Assembly (NCBI GenBank): GCA_023255615.1 | Contig: JAHFLI010000002.1 | Span: forward strand, 3,721-32,454 | Length of the DNA stretch: 28,734 bases | DNA from: Candidatus Woesearchaeota archaeon | Lineage (GTDB): Archaea; Nanobdellota; Nanobdellia; Woesearchaeales; JACQSR01 | Reading direction: 5' to 3' | In this document: piece after piece, positions 19,377 to 27,726 of the stretch | Layout: every line of letters starts with the position of its first letter | How positions within the stretch are numbered: the stretch's first letter is position 1 | Position numbers and translations under genes: made by a program | The notes under the pieces: model-generated | Databases searched by the model: none | What the model was told of the DNA's origin: nothing | The model's input: only the letters and a program-made list of their open reading frames with translations

Positions 19377-20282
19377 ATGGATAAAACAGATTTCATCTGG
19401 ATGAATGGAAAATTAGTCAAATGGGATGACGCAAAAATCCATGTGTTAGTCCATGCATTGCATTATGGGTCCGGTGTTTTTGAAGGAGTTCGATTCTACA
19501 ATACGGACAAAGGACCAGCAGTATTCCGATTAAAGGAACATATCGCGCGGTTACTGAAATCAGCAAAAGTCTTTGAGATGAATGTTCCCTATTCTCAAGA
19601 GCAATTAGAAAAAGCAACACTTGAAACAATTGCAAAAAACAAAATAAACGCAGGATATATTCGTCCCATTATTTTCTTCGGCTACGGAAAAATGGGCTTA
19701 AATCCTGTCGGAGCACCAGTAGATACCGTCATTGCCGTCTGGCCATGGGGATCCTACCTTGGAGAAGAAGCAGTCAAAGTTAAAATATCAAAATATATGC
19801 GTATCCATCCAAAATCATTAGTGTCAGATGCGAAAGTAACGGGACATTATGTTAATTCCATTCTCGCAAGCTTAGAAGCAAAGGCAGCAGGATTTGAAGA
19901 ATGTTTGCTGTTAGATTTTACGGGAAATATTGCAGAAGGTCCTGGAGAAAACTTGTTTGTTGTCAAAAAGAAAAAGTTATTTACACCGCCCTTGGGAAAT
20001 ATACTACCGGGAATTACTAGAGATTCAATTATGAAAATTGCAAAAGATCTCGGTTATGAAATAGAAGAAAAAGTAATTTCAGTGAAAGAAGCTAAGTCTG
20101 CTGATGAATGTTTCTTTACAGGAACAGCGGCAGAAGTAACAGGTATTAAGCAAATTGACGATGTAACTATTGGAAACGGAGAAGTGGGCCCAATCACTAA
20201 GCAATTAAAGTCCGCATTCTTGGACGTCGTTAAAGGAAAAAACAAAAAATATGAATCGTGGTTAAGTTACGCAAGAAAATAA
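19377..20282 (+). CDS. ilvE: Branched-chain amino acid aminotransferase
   Basis: HALHYGSGVFEGVR, GYIRP, AKVTGHYVNS, EGPGENLF, ILPGITR, FFTGTAAEV. True start MDKTDFIW at 19377 with TTTATAAA at 19347-19354; the track start at 19002 is too long. Confidence 0.96.
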   Translation: MDKTDFIWMNGKLVKWDDAKIHVLVHALHYGSGVFEGVRFYNTDKGPAVFRLKEHIARLLKSAKVFEMNVPYSQEQLEKATLETIAKNKINAGYIRPIIFFGYGKMGLNPVGAPVDTVIAVWPWGSYLGEEAVKVKISKYMRIHPKSLVSDAKVTGHYVNSILASLEAKAAGFEECLLLDFTGNIAEGPGENLFVVKKKKLFTPPLGNILPGITRDSIMKIAKDLGYEIEEKVISVKEAKSADECFFTGTAAEVTGIKQIDDVTIGNGEVGPITKQLKSAFLDVVKGKNKKYESWLSYARK

Positions 20283-21173
20283 TTATTCTTTTTTCAAAAA
20301 AACACAGTCTTGCGGATCTTTATCTTCTCGCAATCGGACAAAGACGGGAGCGCGTAATTTGTTATGGCGAGTCATTTCTAAATATTTAATCTGTGCCACC
20401 AAAATTGGTTCAACAGGAATAATTCCTTTTTCCAATTCAATAGATGATTGGTCAAGAGTAATACCATCAAGTTGTCGACGTAAATCTGCGAGTGTTCGTT
20501 CGTCGAATCCCGTTCCCACTTTACCCACAAACTCCAATGTATCGTTGTTGTACAACCCCAATGCTAAACTTGAAAGCTGACGCTTCTCAGCCGTATACCC
20601 AATAATTACACAATCAATATCATTCGTAATCTTAATTTTACGCCATGAATCGGAGCGTGCATCAAATTCATAGGAACTATCATTTTTCTTTGCAATCACT
20701 CCTTCGAGAGATTTTTTCTTGACCATATCCCACAATTCTCTTCCTTTTTTGGTGTAAAATGAAGTTTGAAGATGATCTCCTTCTTTGACAACGTTGTCCA
20801 AGATTTTCTTCCTCACATATAATGGCTCATGTAGCAAGGACTTTCCATCAAGATAGAGAATATCAAACGCGACATAGGTGGCAACAGCATCAACATTTCC
20901 TTTTTCTCGCTCCATCCATAACCCAAATGACGGATTTCCATTCTCATCATATACAACAATCTCTCCATCAAGAATACATTCTTCAGCATCGAGATTATCA
21001 AAGAAATTAAACTCAGGATATTTATCAGTAATAGTTATTCCATTTCTTGATGTAAATTTTAATTTTTTCTTCTTAAAACATAACGCACGAATGCCGTCGA
21101 GCTTAACTTCAAAATAATAATCTTTTCGATCTAAAAGATCTTCAGATCCAATAGTAGCGAGCATCGGTTTCAT
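20283..21173 (-). CDS. ligD: ATP-dependent DNA ligase, LigD-type ligase domain (stand-alone)
   Basis: KPMLAT, EVKLDGIR (KxDG), ILDGEIV, AFDILY, EGVIAK, WRKIK, VGTGF, LRAPVFVRLREDK. ATG 21173 overlaps the upstream TGA (ATGA). Confidence 0.93.
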   Translation of the reverse strand: MKPMLATIGSEDLLDRKDYYFEVKLDGIRALCFKKKKLKFTSRNGITITDKYPEFNFFDNLDAEECILDGEIVVYDENGNPSFGLWMEREKGNVDAVATYVAFDILYLDGKSLLHEPLYVRKKILDNVVKEGDHLQTSFYTKKGRELWDMVKKKSLEGVIAKKNDSSYEFDARSDSWRKIKITNDIDCVIIGYTAEKRQLSSLALGLYNNDTLEFVGKVGTGFDERTLADLRRQLDGITLDQSSIELEKGIIPVEPILVAQIKYLEMTRHNKLRAPVFVRLREDKDPQDCVFLKKE

Positions 21174-22567
21174 TTTTTCAGTTGTTTTTGTATTTTGGCA
21201 ATAGATACTCCCTGTTTGTACATCCCTTTCCACACATCTTCTTTAAGATGTAAATGGATATTATCTAATGTGAAAAAATGAGGTGATATTTTCTTGACAT
21301 CATTCCATTCAATAGGCATCGCAATTCCTCCTCGCAGTGATGCACGAACGGAATAGGGCGCAACTGCAGTATGAGTTGGAGAATTTCTAAATACGTCAAG
21401 CATGACTCTTCCTTTTCTATTCTCGATACGCATTTCATCCGTCATCGTATCCGCATAATGGCTCGCTAACACATGGGCAATTTTTGACGCAAATGTCTTG
21501 ACCTCTTCTTGCGATGTCGATCGATCAAGAGGGACAACAATGTGATACCCTTTATTCCCTGATGTCATAATATAACTTGGCATCGAAAGTTCATCAAGGA
21601 ATGTTTTAACATTCAATGCGACTTCTTGCGTCTGCGCAACATCATGAGTAGAAGGGTCAAGATCAAAAATCATTTTATCGGGAAAATCTAATTTATCAAC
21701 TCGTGCTGGCCAAATATGAGGAATAACCATTTGAGTTGCCAAATACACAATACTCTCTTCACCATTCGCCATAACATAAGTAATATTTTTTCCTTTTCGT
21801 TCAACATTAACTTTTTTTATCCACGAAGGAAAATACTCGGGAACATGTTTTTGAAAAAATCCTTCTTCTCGCATACCATGAGGGATACGAAACATTGAAA
21901 TTGGTCGATCTTTTACATGAGCAACCATTAACGGAGCAACTTTTTTGTAATAGTTAACAAAGTCTTCTTTGCTAATGTTTGCAAACACCTCTTTTTTTGC
22001 ATTCGTTATTTCAATATCTTTTCCATGTACTTTCGTGAACGAAGAAGCCATGTGCTCATCCCGTTTGTTTTCAATCGCTTCCTCATCATTCATCTTGATC
22101 ATAATCCAATTTTTTCCATCATGCATACGATTAAATGCAAATCCTCCCCGCAATCTATCTCCTTTAATCCAAATGATAAAATGTCCTTTCTCAATCCATT
22201 TTGAGAGAGGCTCCACTTTGCCGTCTTTAATCGTCAGATTCACATAGAATCCTTTATCCCAAATTTCGACATCCCCTGCACCGTATTCTCCTTCGGGAAT
22301 TACTCCTTCAAAACTTCCGTAAGAAAATGGATGATCTTCGACATGAACAGCCAATCGCTTGTCCTTTGTACTCATGCTCGGTTCTTTAGGAACTGCCCAC
22401 GACTTCAGAACCCCATCAACTTCAATCCGAAAATCAAAATGCAGTTTGCGTGCATCATGTTTTTGAATGACAAACATTGTTTTTTTTGACTGTAGTGAAA
22501 TACTTCCTTTTGGCTCAGATGTTTTTGAGAAATTTCTCTTCTTACGATAATCTTTGAGCGCATGCAT
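21170..22567 (-). CDS. LigD 3'-phosphoesterase domain fused to LigD primase-polymerase domain
   Basis: YRKKRNFSKTSEP, QKHDARKLHFDFR, SWAVPK, EDH...YGSFEG, then R.P.G...EGFFQK, FDLDP, TSGNKGYH, RN...TAVAPYSVRA. Confidence 0.93.
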   Translation of the reverse strand: MHALKDYRKKRNFSKTSEPKGSISLQSKKTMFVIQKHDARKLHFDFRIEVDGVLKSWAVPKEPSMSTKDKRLAVHVEDHPFSYGSFEGVIPEGEYGAGDVEIWDKGFYVNLTIKDGKVEPLSKWIEKGHFIIWIKGDRLRGGFAFNRMHDGKNWIMIKMNDEEAIENKRDEHMASSFTKVHGKDIEITNAKKEVFANISKEDFVNYYKKVAPLMVAHVKDRPISMFRIPHGMREEGFFQKHVPEYFPSWIKKVNVERKGKNITYVMANGEESIVYLATQMVIPHIWPARVDKLDFPDKMIFDLDPSTHDVAQTQEVALNVKTFLDELSMPSYIMTSGNKGYHIVVPLDRSTSQEEVKTFASKIAHVLASHYADTMTDEMRIENRKGRVMLDVFRNSPTHTAVAPYSVRASLRGGIAMPIEWNDVKKISPHFFTLDNIHLHLKEDVWKGMYKQGVSIAKIQKQLKK

Positions 22568-22604
22568 ACGTTATGAGGTCTCTTCCACCATAAAAAGATT
22601 GAGA

Positions 22605-23369
22605 TTAATCCAAGCTTGCTTTCAATGCCGCAATGAGATTATCTTCTTTACGCACTTTCTTTGTTGCTTTTGATGCTTCAATGACTTCACCTTTTGCTGC
22701 TTTTTTCATAATCTTTTCCATTTCTTCGGCGAAGGTATCTTTGAATTGTTCGATATTAAATTGAGTATTGTAGAGTTTATTGATTAACTCGTGTGCAAGT
22801 TTAAGCTCGGGTTCTCCAATCTTTGGTGCGGATTGTAACGCGTCAACACTTTTGATATCTCGAACCTCATAACTATAATTCAACGTTGTTAACAACAAAC
22901 CTTCTTTATATGCTTTTATCGTACATACATATTCTTTTTCTCGCATCACAAATCGTCCTAATGCCGTTCGTGCTGTCGTCTGCAATATCTCTCTGAATAA
23001 AAAATACGTTTTTTCTTTTTCCTTTGCAGGTCCAATGTAATAATGGGAATTGAAATAGACGGGATCAATTTGATCTTGGTCAACAAATTCAACAATATCG
23101 ATCGTGTCAGATTTCTCAGGTTTGATTGCTTCCAACTGTTCTTTTGTGGGAACAAAGAATTTCCCCTTTGAAATTTCGATGCCTTTAACAATATCTGGCC
23201 ATGGAACTTCCTTTCCTGTTTTTTCAGATATTCGTTTGTATTTAATGGGACTGTTACTTTTTTTATCAAGCATTCTAAAACTAAACGCTTTGCTTTCGAT
23301 TGCAGAATACAGTTTGACGGGAATATTCACCAATCCGAAAGAGATTGATCCATTCCAAATTGATTTCAT
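22605..23369 (-). CDS. ku: Prokaryotic Ku DNA end-binding protein
   Basis: IWNGSISFGLVNIPVKLY, IDPVYF...YY, FVMREKEY, FKD, NLIAALKASL. Confidence 0.95.
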   Translation of the reverse strand: MKSIWNGSISFGLVNIPVKLYSAIESKAFSFRMLDKKSNSPIKYKRISEKTGKEVPWPDIVKGIEISKGKFFVPTKEQLEAIKPEKSDTIDIVEFVDQDQIDPVYFNSHYYIGPAKEKEKTYFLFREILQTTARTALGRFVMREKEYVCTIKAYKEGLLLTTLNYSYEVRDIKSVDALQSAPKIGEPELKLAHELINKLYNTQFNIEQFKDTFAEEMEKIMKKAAKGEVIEASKATKKVRKEDNLIAALKASLD

Positions 23370-23409
23370 AGAAGGAAGGAGCGACCAGCCTTTAAAAATG
23401 TTGCTCCAA

Positions 23410-24171
23410 TTATTCTTTCTTCAAAAAAATAAAATGAGAGTCATCAGAAGATTTGGGATCAAATACATACTTTCCTCGATCAAATTTCTTAAGATCCTCT
23501 ATTTTTTGAATATTATTGCGCACGATGAAATCAGCAAACATGCCTCGCGCTTTCTTCGCTAAAATGCCGATCACTTGATATTTTCCATTCTTTAAATTCT
23601 TGAATACCATATGAATGACTTTGCATTTTAACTGGTCAAAATCAACTGCTTCCTCATATTCTTTCGATGCGCAATTCACAAGCACATCTTTGCATTCTTT
23701 GTTTAACGAATCGGTAATTTTTTGCTTCCAGAATGAATACAAATCATTTCCTGCAGGATTGGCAAAAGGAGTATCCATGTCTAGCCGATATGCTTGAATC
23801 AAATCAAATGGGCGCAATAACCCATGAAGTCCACTAATAATACGAACACTATTTTGTAATCTCTCAAACTCTGGTTGCTTATATGCAAAAAAATCAAATC
23901 CATGATAGACAGGACCATTAAAAGTAAAAATCGCTTGGCGCGCATTTTTTGGAGTAAATGGCGTTTTCCACTCTTGATATCGTCGATGATTTAATGCTGC
24001 AAGATCTTTGCTGATTCCCATTAATGTCGCGAGTTCTTCAGGAGTTTTTTTCTTGAGAATGTCCACAAGTTTTTGAGTATCAGATAACCATTGAGGCACC
24101 GTATACTTATCATAAGGAATGGTTTTCTCAAATTCAAGTGTTTTTGCCGGTGAGATAATGACAATCATCAT
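23410..24171 (-). CDS. yaaA: Peroxide stress protein YaaA (DUF328)
   Basis: IISPAK, LMGISKDLA, FNGPVY, IISGLHGLLRPFDLIQAYRLDM, NCASKEY, AKKARG. Confidence 0.92.
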   Translation of the reverse strand: MMIVIISPAKTLEFEKTIPYDKYTVPQWLSDTQKLVDILKKKTPEELATLMGISKDLAALNHRRYQEWKTPFTPKNARQAIFTFNGPVYHGFDFFAYKQPEFERLQNSVRIISGLHGLLRPFDLIQAYRLDMDTPFANPAGNDLYSFWKQKITDSLNKECKDVLVNCASKEYEEAVDFDQLKCKVIHMVFKNLKNGKYQVIGILAKKARGMFADFIVRNNIQKIEDLKKFDRGKYVFDPKSSDDSHFIFLKKE

Positions 24172-24226
24172 AAAAAGAGACAATTCTCAATATAAATATA
24201 TTGTGTTTATCATTCAAAGAAAAAAA

Positions 24227-24497
24227 GCAGGCATGCCCAAAAATCGAACATGATAACTTGCACCAGTTTTTTCTTGATCTTTCCTCGGCTCTGCAACCCT
24301 AAAGACACCGACGAAAATGGTGAGTGCTGCTTCATTCCTGACCTGACACGTTTCCCAGAATCATCGATCCATCAGGACAAAGCGTCGTCGTCCAGACCAA
24401 GACTGATACATGCTATCATGTCCTTTCCCTGAGCTTCGATCCTCCCTAAAGCACGTCTGAAGTAACAGGAGAGTGCTGACCTCCCGATCTAGCCTGC
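24227..24497 (-). ncRNA. Signal recognition particle (7S/SRP) RNA
   Basis: Helix 8 GUGUCAGGUCA-GGAA-UGAAGCAGCAC; 5' GCAGGC pairs with 3' GCCUGC; long helix 5 (GGACAUGAUAGC/GUUAUCAUGUUC, UGUAUCAGU/ACUGGUGCA, CUUGGUCU/AGAUCAAG); Alu loop-loop AGCAC/GUGCU; upstream TTTAAAAA box and downstream T-run. Confidence 0.88.
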
Positions 24498-24599
24498 GGA
24501 GCAGAATAGTAGAGTATTGTTTTTAAACATTGTCTTAAATCGACGATATCATCAAAAAATTTATTAACTTCAAAATTCACCGTGTAAAAGGGGGTTTGC

Positions 24600-25511
24600 A
24601 TTTCACCATCAATTACTTTTTTGGGAACTGGAGGAGACACCTATGTTGTGGGAAGACAGCTCCGTTCGTCAGGTGGTATTATTCTTCACCTCGGAGAAAA
24701 TCAATTCCATATTGATCCAGGACCGGGTGCATTAACCAAAGCAAAAGAATATGGCATAAGCCTTCGTGCAACAACTGCCATTCTTGTTTCACATGCACAT
24801 ATGAATCATGGGAATGATGTCAATGCTGTTATTGATGGGATGACCTATCGTGGTTTCGATAAAAAAGGAGTTCTTCTTGGTTCAGAATCTGTCGTGAATG
24901 GATATCTTTCTTATCCTCCCGTGGTCAATCAATTTTATAAAAATTGTTTGGAACGATTTATTGTTGTACGACCACTCCAACGTGTTGCGATAAACGAAAT
25001 CGAAATCCAAATGCTTCCTTGCGATCATACTGATCCTTCTGCGGTTGGATTTAAATTCTTCACACCGGAATTTACTCTGGTCTACAGTGGAGATACCAAG
25101 TTTTCAAAAAAAATAATCGAATCGTACAAAAACTCAAAAATAGTCATCCTTAATGTGGTCTCCCAAAAAGGAGACGGAAAGAATTTATCGGTTGCAGATG
25201 CTATAAAAATAGTTAACGAAGTGCGTCCTCGATTATGCATTCTCACTCATTTTGGCATTTCAATGCTTGAGGCAGACCCTCTTTCCATTTCGAGAGAGAT
25301 CTACAAAGAAACTGGAGTTGACACCATTGCGGCGAAAGACGGTATGATCGTTAATCCCCTTTCATACTCTGTATCACAAGGCCAAACCACATTAAATCCA
25401 TATACCCCACCACGAGAAATTGAAGTGAAAGAAATTCTTAAAGAGATAGACATCGAAAAAGCACTTGAAGAAAATAAAACACTCAATGAATTATTTGGAG
25501 CAAAGCAATAA
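24600..25511 (+). CDS. MBL-fold metallo-hydrolase (RNase Z-like)
   Basis: ITFLGTGG, IDPGPG, SHAHMNH, DHTD, YSGDT, THFG. Start is uncertain: in-frame ATT at 24600 versus the track's TTG at 24621. Confidence 0.85.
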   Translation: MSPSITFLGTGGDTYVVGRQLRSSGGIILHLGENQFHIDPGPGALTKAKEYGISLRATTAILVSHAHMNHGNDVNAVIDGMTYRGFDKKGVLLGSESVVNGYLSYPPVVNQFYKNCLERFIVVRPLQRVAINEIEIQMLPCDHTDPSAVGFKFFTPEFTLVYSGDTKFSKKIIESYKNSKIVILNVVSQKGDGKNLSVADAIKIVNEVRPRLCILTHFGISMLEADPLSISREIYKETGVDTIAAKDGMIVNPLSYSVSQGQTTLNPYTPPREIEVKEILKEIDIEKALEENKTLNELFGAKQ

Positions 25512-26385
25512 TCCCATACCCAATCAAACATCCTGTGGTAATAAATGGCATCGCGGGATAAAATTTTCCTTTTTCTCCTCGTAAGAGAAGATACGTAACC
25601 GCTGCCGTTGCACCGAGAACAACGATAAGGGAAAATCCATAGGCAGACGCTTTTGTCAATCCGTTTCTCAGCAGAGATTCCATGACAACTCCAGAAAACA
25701 TTAAAGGAAAGGCAACATCACCACCGCCAAGAATCGCTGTTCGTCCTTTTCCTGTTTTCGATGGTTGTGCAACAGAAATTATTTTTTTCTGTGTATAGGG
25801 AATTGCTAATCCCGCAAAGAGTTTGGATTCCATCGTAAACTTTGCCATCGTAATCATATGCTTACTCTTCCACACTGCATATGCATCATACACGGAGATA
25901 AGAAGCAACACAATGATCATCCAAAATACGTTCAACAACGGAACAAATAACAACGCAATCCCACTGTACATCGCAATCTCGGTTAGATTGTGAATAATAA
26001 CTTGTGGCTTGAAAATTTTCAACAGCGCGAACAATAATCCTAAACATCCTGCAATAAGGGGATGAAGAAACACTCCAAAGGTTACCGTTAATGTTGCCCA
26101 AACTGCCGTAAAATACCAAAATTTCCATAACCCCATTTTTTTAAAACGAATAATCAAAAGCAACAACACTGTTCCAATCATGATAGCGCTAAAGATATAC
26201 ACCGTCGTTGTCCCTCCTTGAATTGCTGGTCGTTCCCCTAACGCAGTATCGCCATGAGTTACAACATGTTCTCCAGTTGGAGAAACAGAAATCTGAGCAT
26301 CCATATCAATCAAAGCAAGACCAATAAGTTGAGAAACAACGAAAATTAAAATCAGAAAAATACTGACGGTAAGGGTATGCTTCAT
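25483..26385 (-). CDS. Presenilin/signal peptide peptidase-like intramembrane aspartyl protease
   Basis: YD (SVYDAYAVW), GxGD (LGGGD) and PAL-like (YPAMPF) motifs; about 9 TM; start MKH at 26385. Confidence 0.92.
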   Translation of the reverse strand: MKHTLTVSIFLILIFVVSQLIGLALIDMDAQISVSPTGEHVVTHGDTALGERPAIQGGTTTVYIFSAIMIGTVLLLLIIRFKKMGLWKFWYFTAVWATLTVTFGVFLHPLIAGCLGLLFALLKIFKPQVIIHNLTEIAMYSGIALLFVPLLNVFWMIIVLLLISVYDAYAVWKSKHMITMAKFTMESKLFAGLAIPYTQKKIISVAQPSKTGKGRTAILGGGDVAFPLMFSGVVMESLLRNGLTKASAYGFSLIVVLGATAAVTYLLLRGEKGKFYPAMPFITTGCLIGYGIIALLQIIH

Positions 26386-26464
26386 AGATCTCTCGTACTC
26401 GAACAATTTTTATAGCTTTACATTCCAGGAAAGCTATAAATAACCATACAAGAATGAAGAATCC

Positions 26465-27007
26465 ATGAACTTGCTTGATAAAAACTTCAAAGAAATCTTC
26501 TCAGGTCAGGTCATTTCCAATTTAGGTGGTCTCATTGCCGGCCTCGGTATTGCCATTTACACTGATAAAATACTCCTCATTCCGGGAATGTTTGTTCTTC
26601 TTCCAGGATTCTTAGAACTCCGGGGAAATATTAGCGGCACTCTTTCTTCTCGCTTGAGTTCTGGATTTTTTGTCGGAGCAATAAAATCAGACTCGATGAA
26701 TTCAATAATTGTCAAAGCAAACGTCATTGCCTCTTTTTTATTAGTCATGATCGTTTCTTACTTTCTTGGTCTTCTTGCCTATTTCTTCAATTTTTTTGTT
26801 AATCATGTGTCCACTCCACGAATTATTTGGATACCCCTTATTGCAGGAATTATCGCAAATCTCGTTGAAATCCCTCTCACTCTTTTTTTAACTTTTTATT
26901 TGTACAAAAAAGGCCATGATCCTAATAATATCATGGGACCGTTTATCACCTCTTCCGGAGATATCACTAGTGTTGCAGCCATTCTGATAGCGTTGTGGGT
27001 CATATGA
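26465..27007 (+). CDS. MgtE/SLC41 integral membrane domain protein
   Basis: LPGFLELRGNISGTLSSRLS and GHDPNNIMGPFITSSGD motifs. Confidence 0.85.
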   Translation: MNLLDKNFKEIFSGQVISNLGGLIAGLGIAIYTDKILLIPGMFVLLPGFLELRGNISGTLSSRLSSGFFVGAIKSDSMNSIIVKANVIASFLLVMIVSYFLGLLAYFFNFFVNHVSTPRIIWIPLIAGIIANLVEIPLTLFLTFYLYKKGHDPNNIMGPFITSSGDITSVAAILIALWVI

Positions 27008-27690
27008 AAAAACTAATCGAGAGAATAAAAACATTGAAACGAAACGAAAATCATTCACTTCTTCACACACTTCATACAAAACATCATTTGTCAAGACAAA
27101 CGTTATTGTATATCAAAGAATATGGTTCTGAATCTCATACGATTAAAACAATTTTCAAAGAGAGTCTGAAAATTCTGCTCTTTGCATCGTTAATCAGTTC
27201 TTTTGGCGGATTTGCTCTGGAACATATCAAATTGACGTTTATTTCTCTCTTCCCGTTGATTATTCTTTTACCAACTCTCAATGATATGGTCGGGGATTAT
27301 GGTACTATTGTTTCTTCCCGATTTTCTGCTATGCTCCATGAAGGACGCATTAATAAAAATCCAACAAAAAACCCAGAAGTGAAGCACCTGTACAAACAAA
27401 TCATCTTGATTTCTTTTTTACTTGTCTTATTTAGCGCAGGAATGGCGTTGTTTGTCTCAACGTACTCAGGGTATGCAGTGACGACTCTCACCATTATCAA
27501 AATTATTCTCATTGCAGTCATTGATGTTTTTATTATGATCAATGTCTTATTTCTCATCTCCATTAATGCTGGACTCTATTTTCATCGAAGAAATGAAGAT
27601 CCCAATAACGTACTTATTCCTATTACGACGGCGATTGCAGATTTTGGCAATATGATCGTGTTGTTTTTCCTCGTCACGTTATTTTTTTAA
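27004..27690 (+). CDS. MgtE/SLC41 integral membrane domain protein with His-rich N-terminus
   Basis: LPTLNDMVGDYGTIVSSRFS and DPNNVLIPITTAIAD motifs; ATGA overlap with the previous gene. Confidence 0.85.
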   Translation: MKKLIERIKTLKRNENHSLLHTLHTKHHLSRQTLLYIKEYGSESHTIKTIFKESLKILLFASLISSFGGFALEHIKLTFISLFPLIILLPTLNDMVGDYGTIVSSRFSAMLHEGRINKNPTKNPEVKHLYKQIILISFLLVLFSAGMALFVSTYSGYAVTTLTIIKIILIAVIDVFIMINVLFLISINAGLYFHRRNEDPNNVLIPITTAIADFGNMIVLFFLVTLFF

Positions 27691-27726
27691 TAATCCTTAT
27701 AAAATAAAACATACTCAATACGCGAA

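Noticed and set aside
1321-23797. Many 60-150 aa ORFs antisense or out of frame inside long genes (e.g. 1321, 3331, 6467, 8026, 10740, 16105, 22958, 23104)
   Set aside because: They are shadows of well-supported genes, with no motifs, promoters or start signals.
24250-24640. Track ORFs 24250-24432 (+) and 24446-24640 (-)
   Set aside because: They overlap the SRP RNA and its promoter, whose base pairing explains the sequence.
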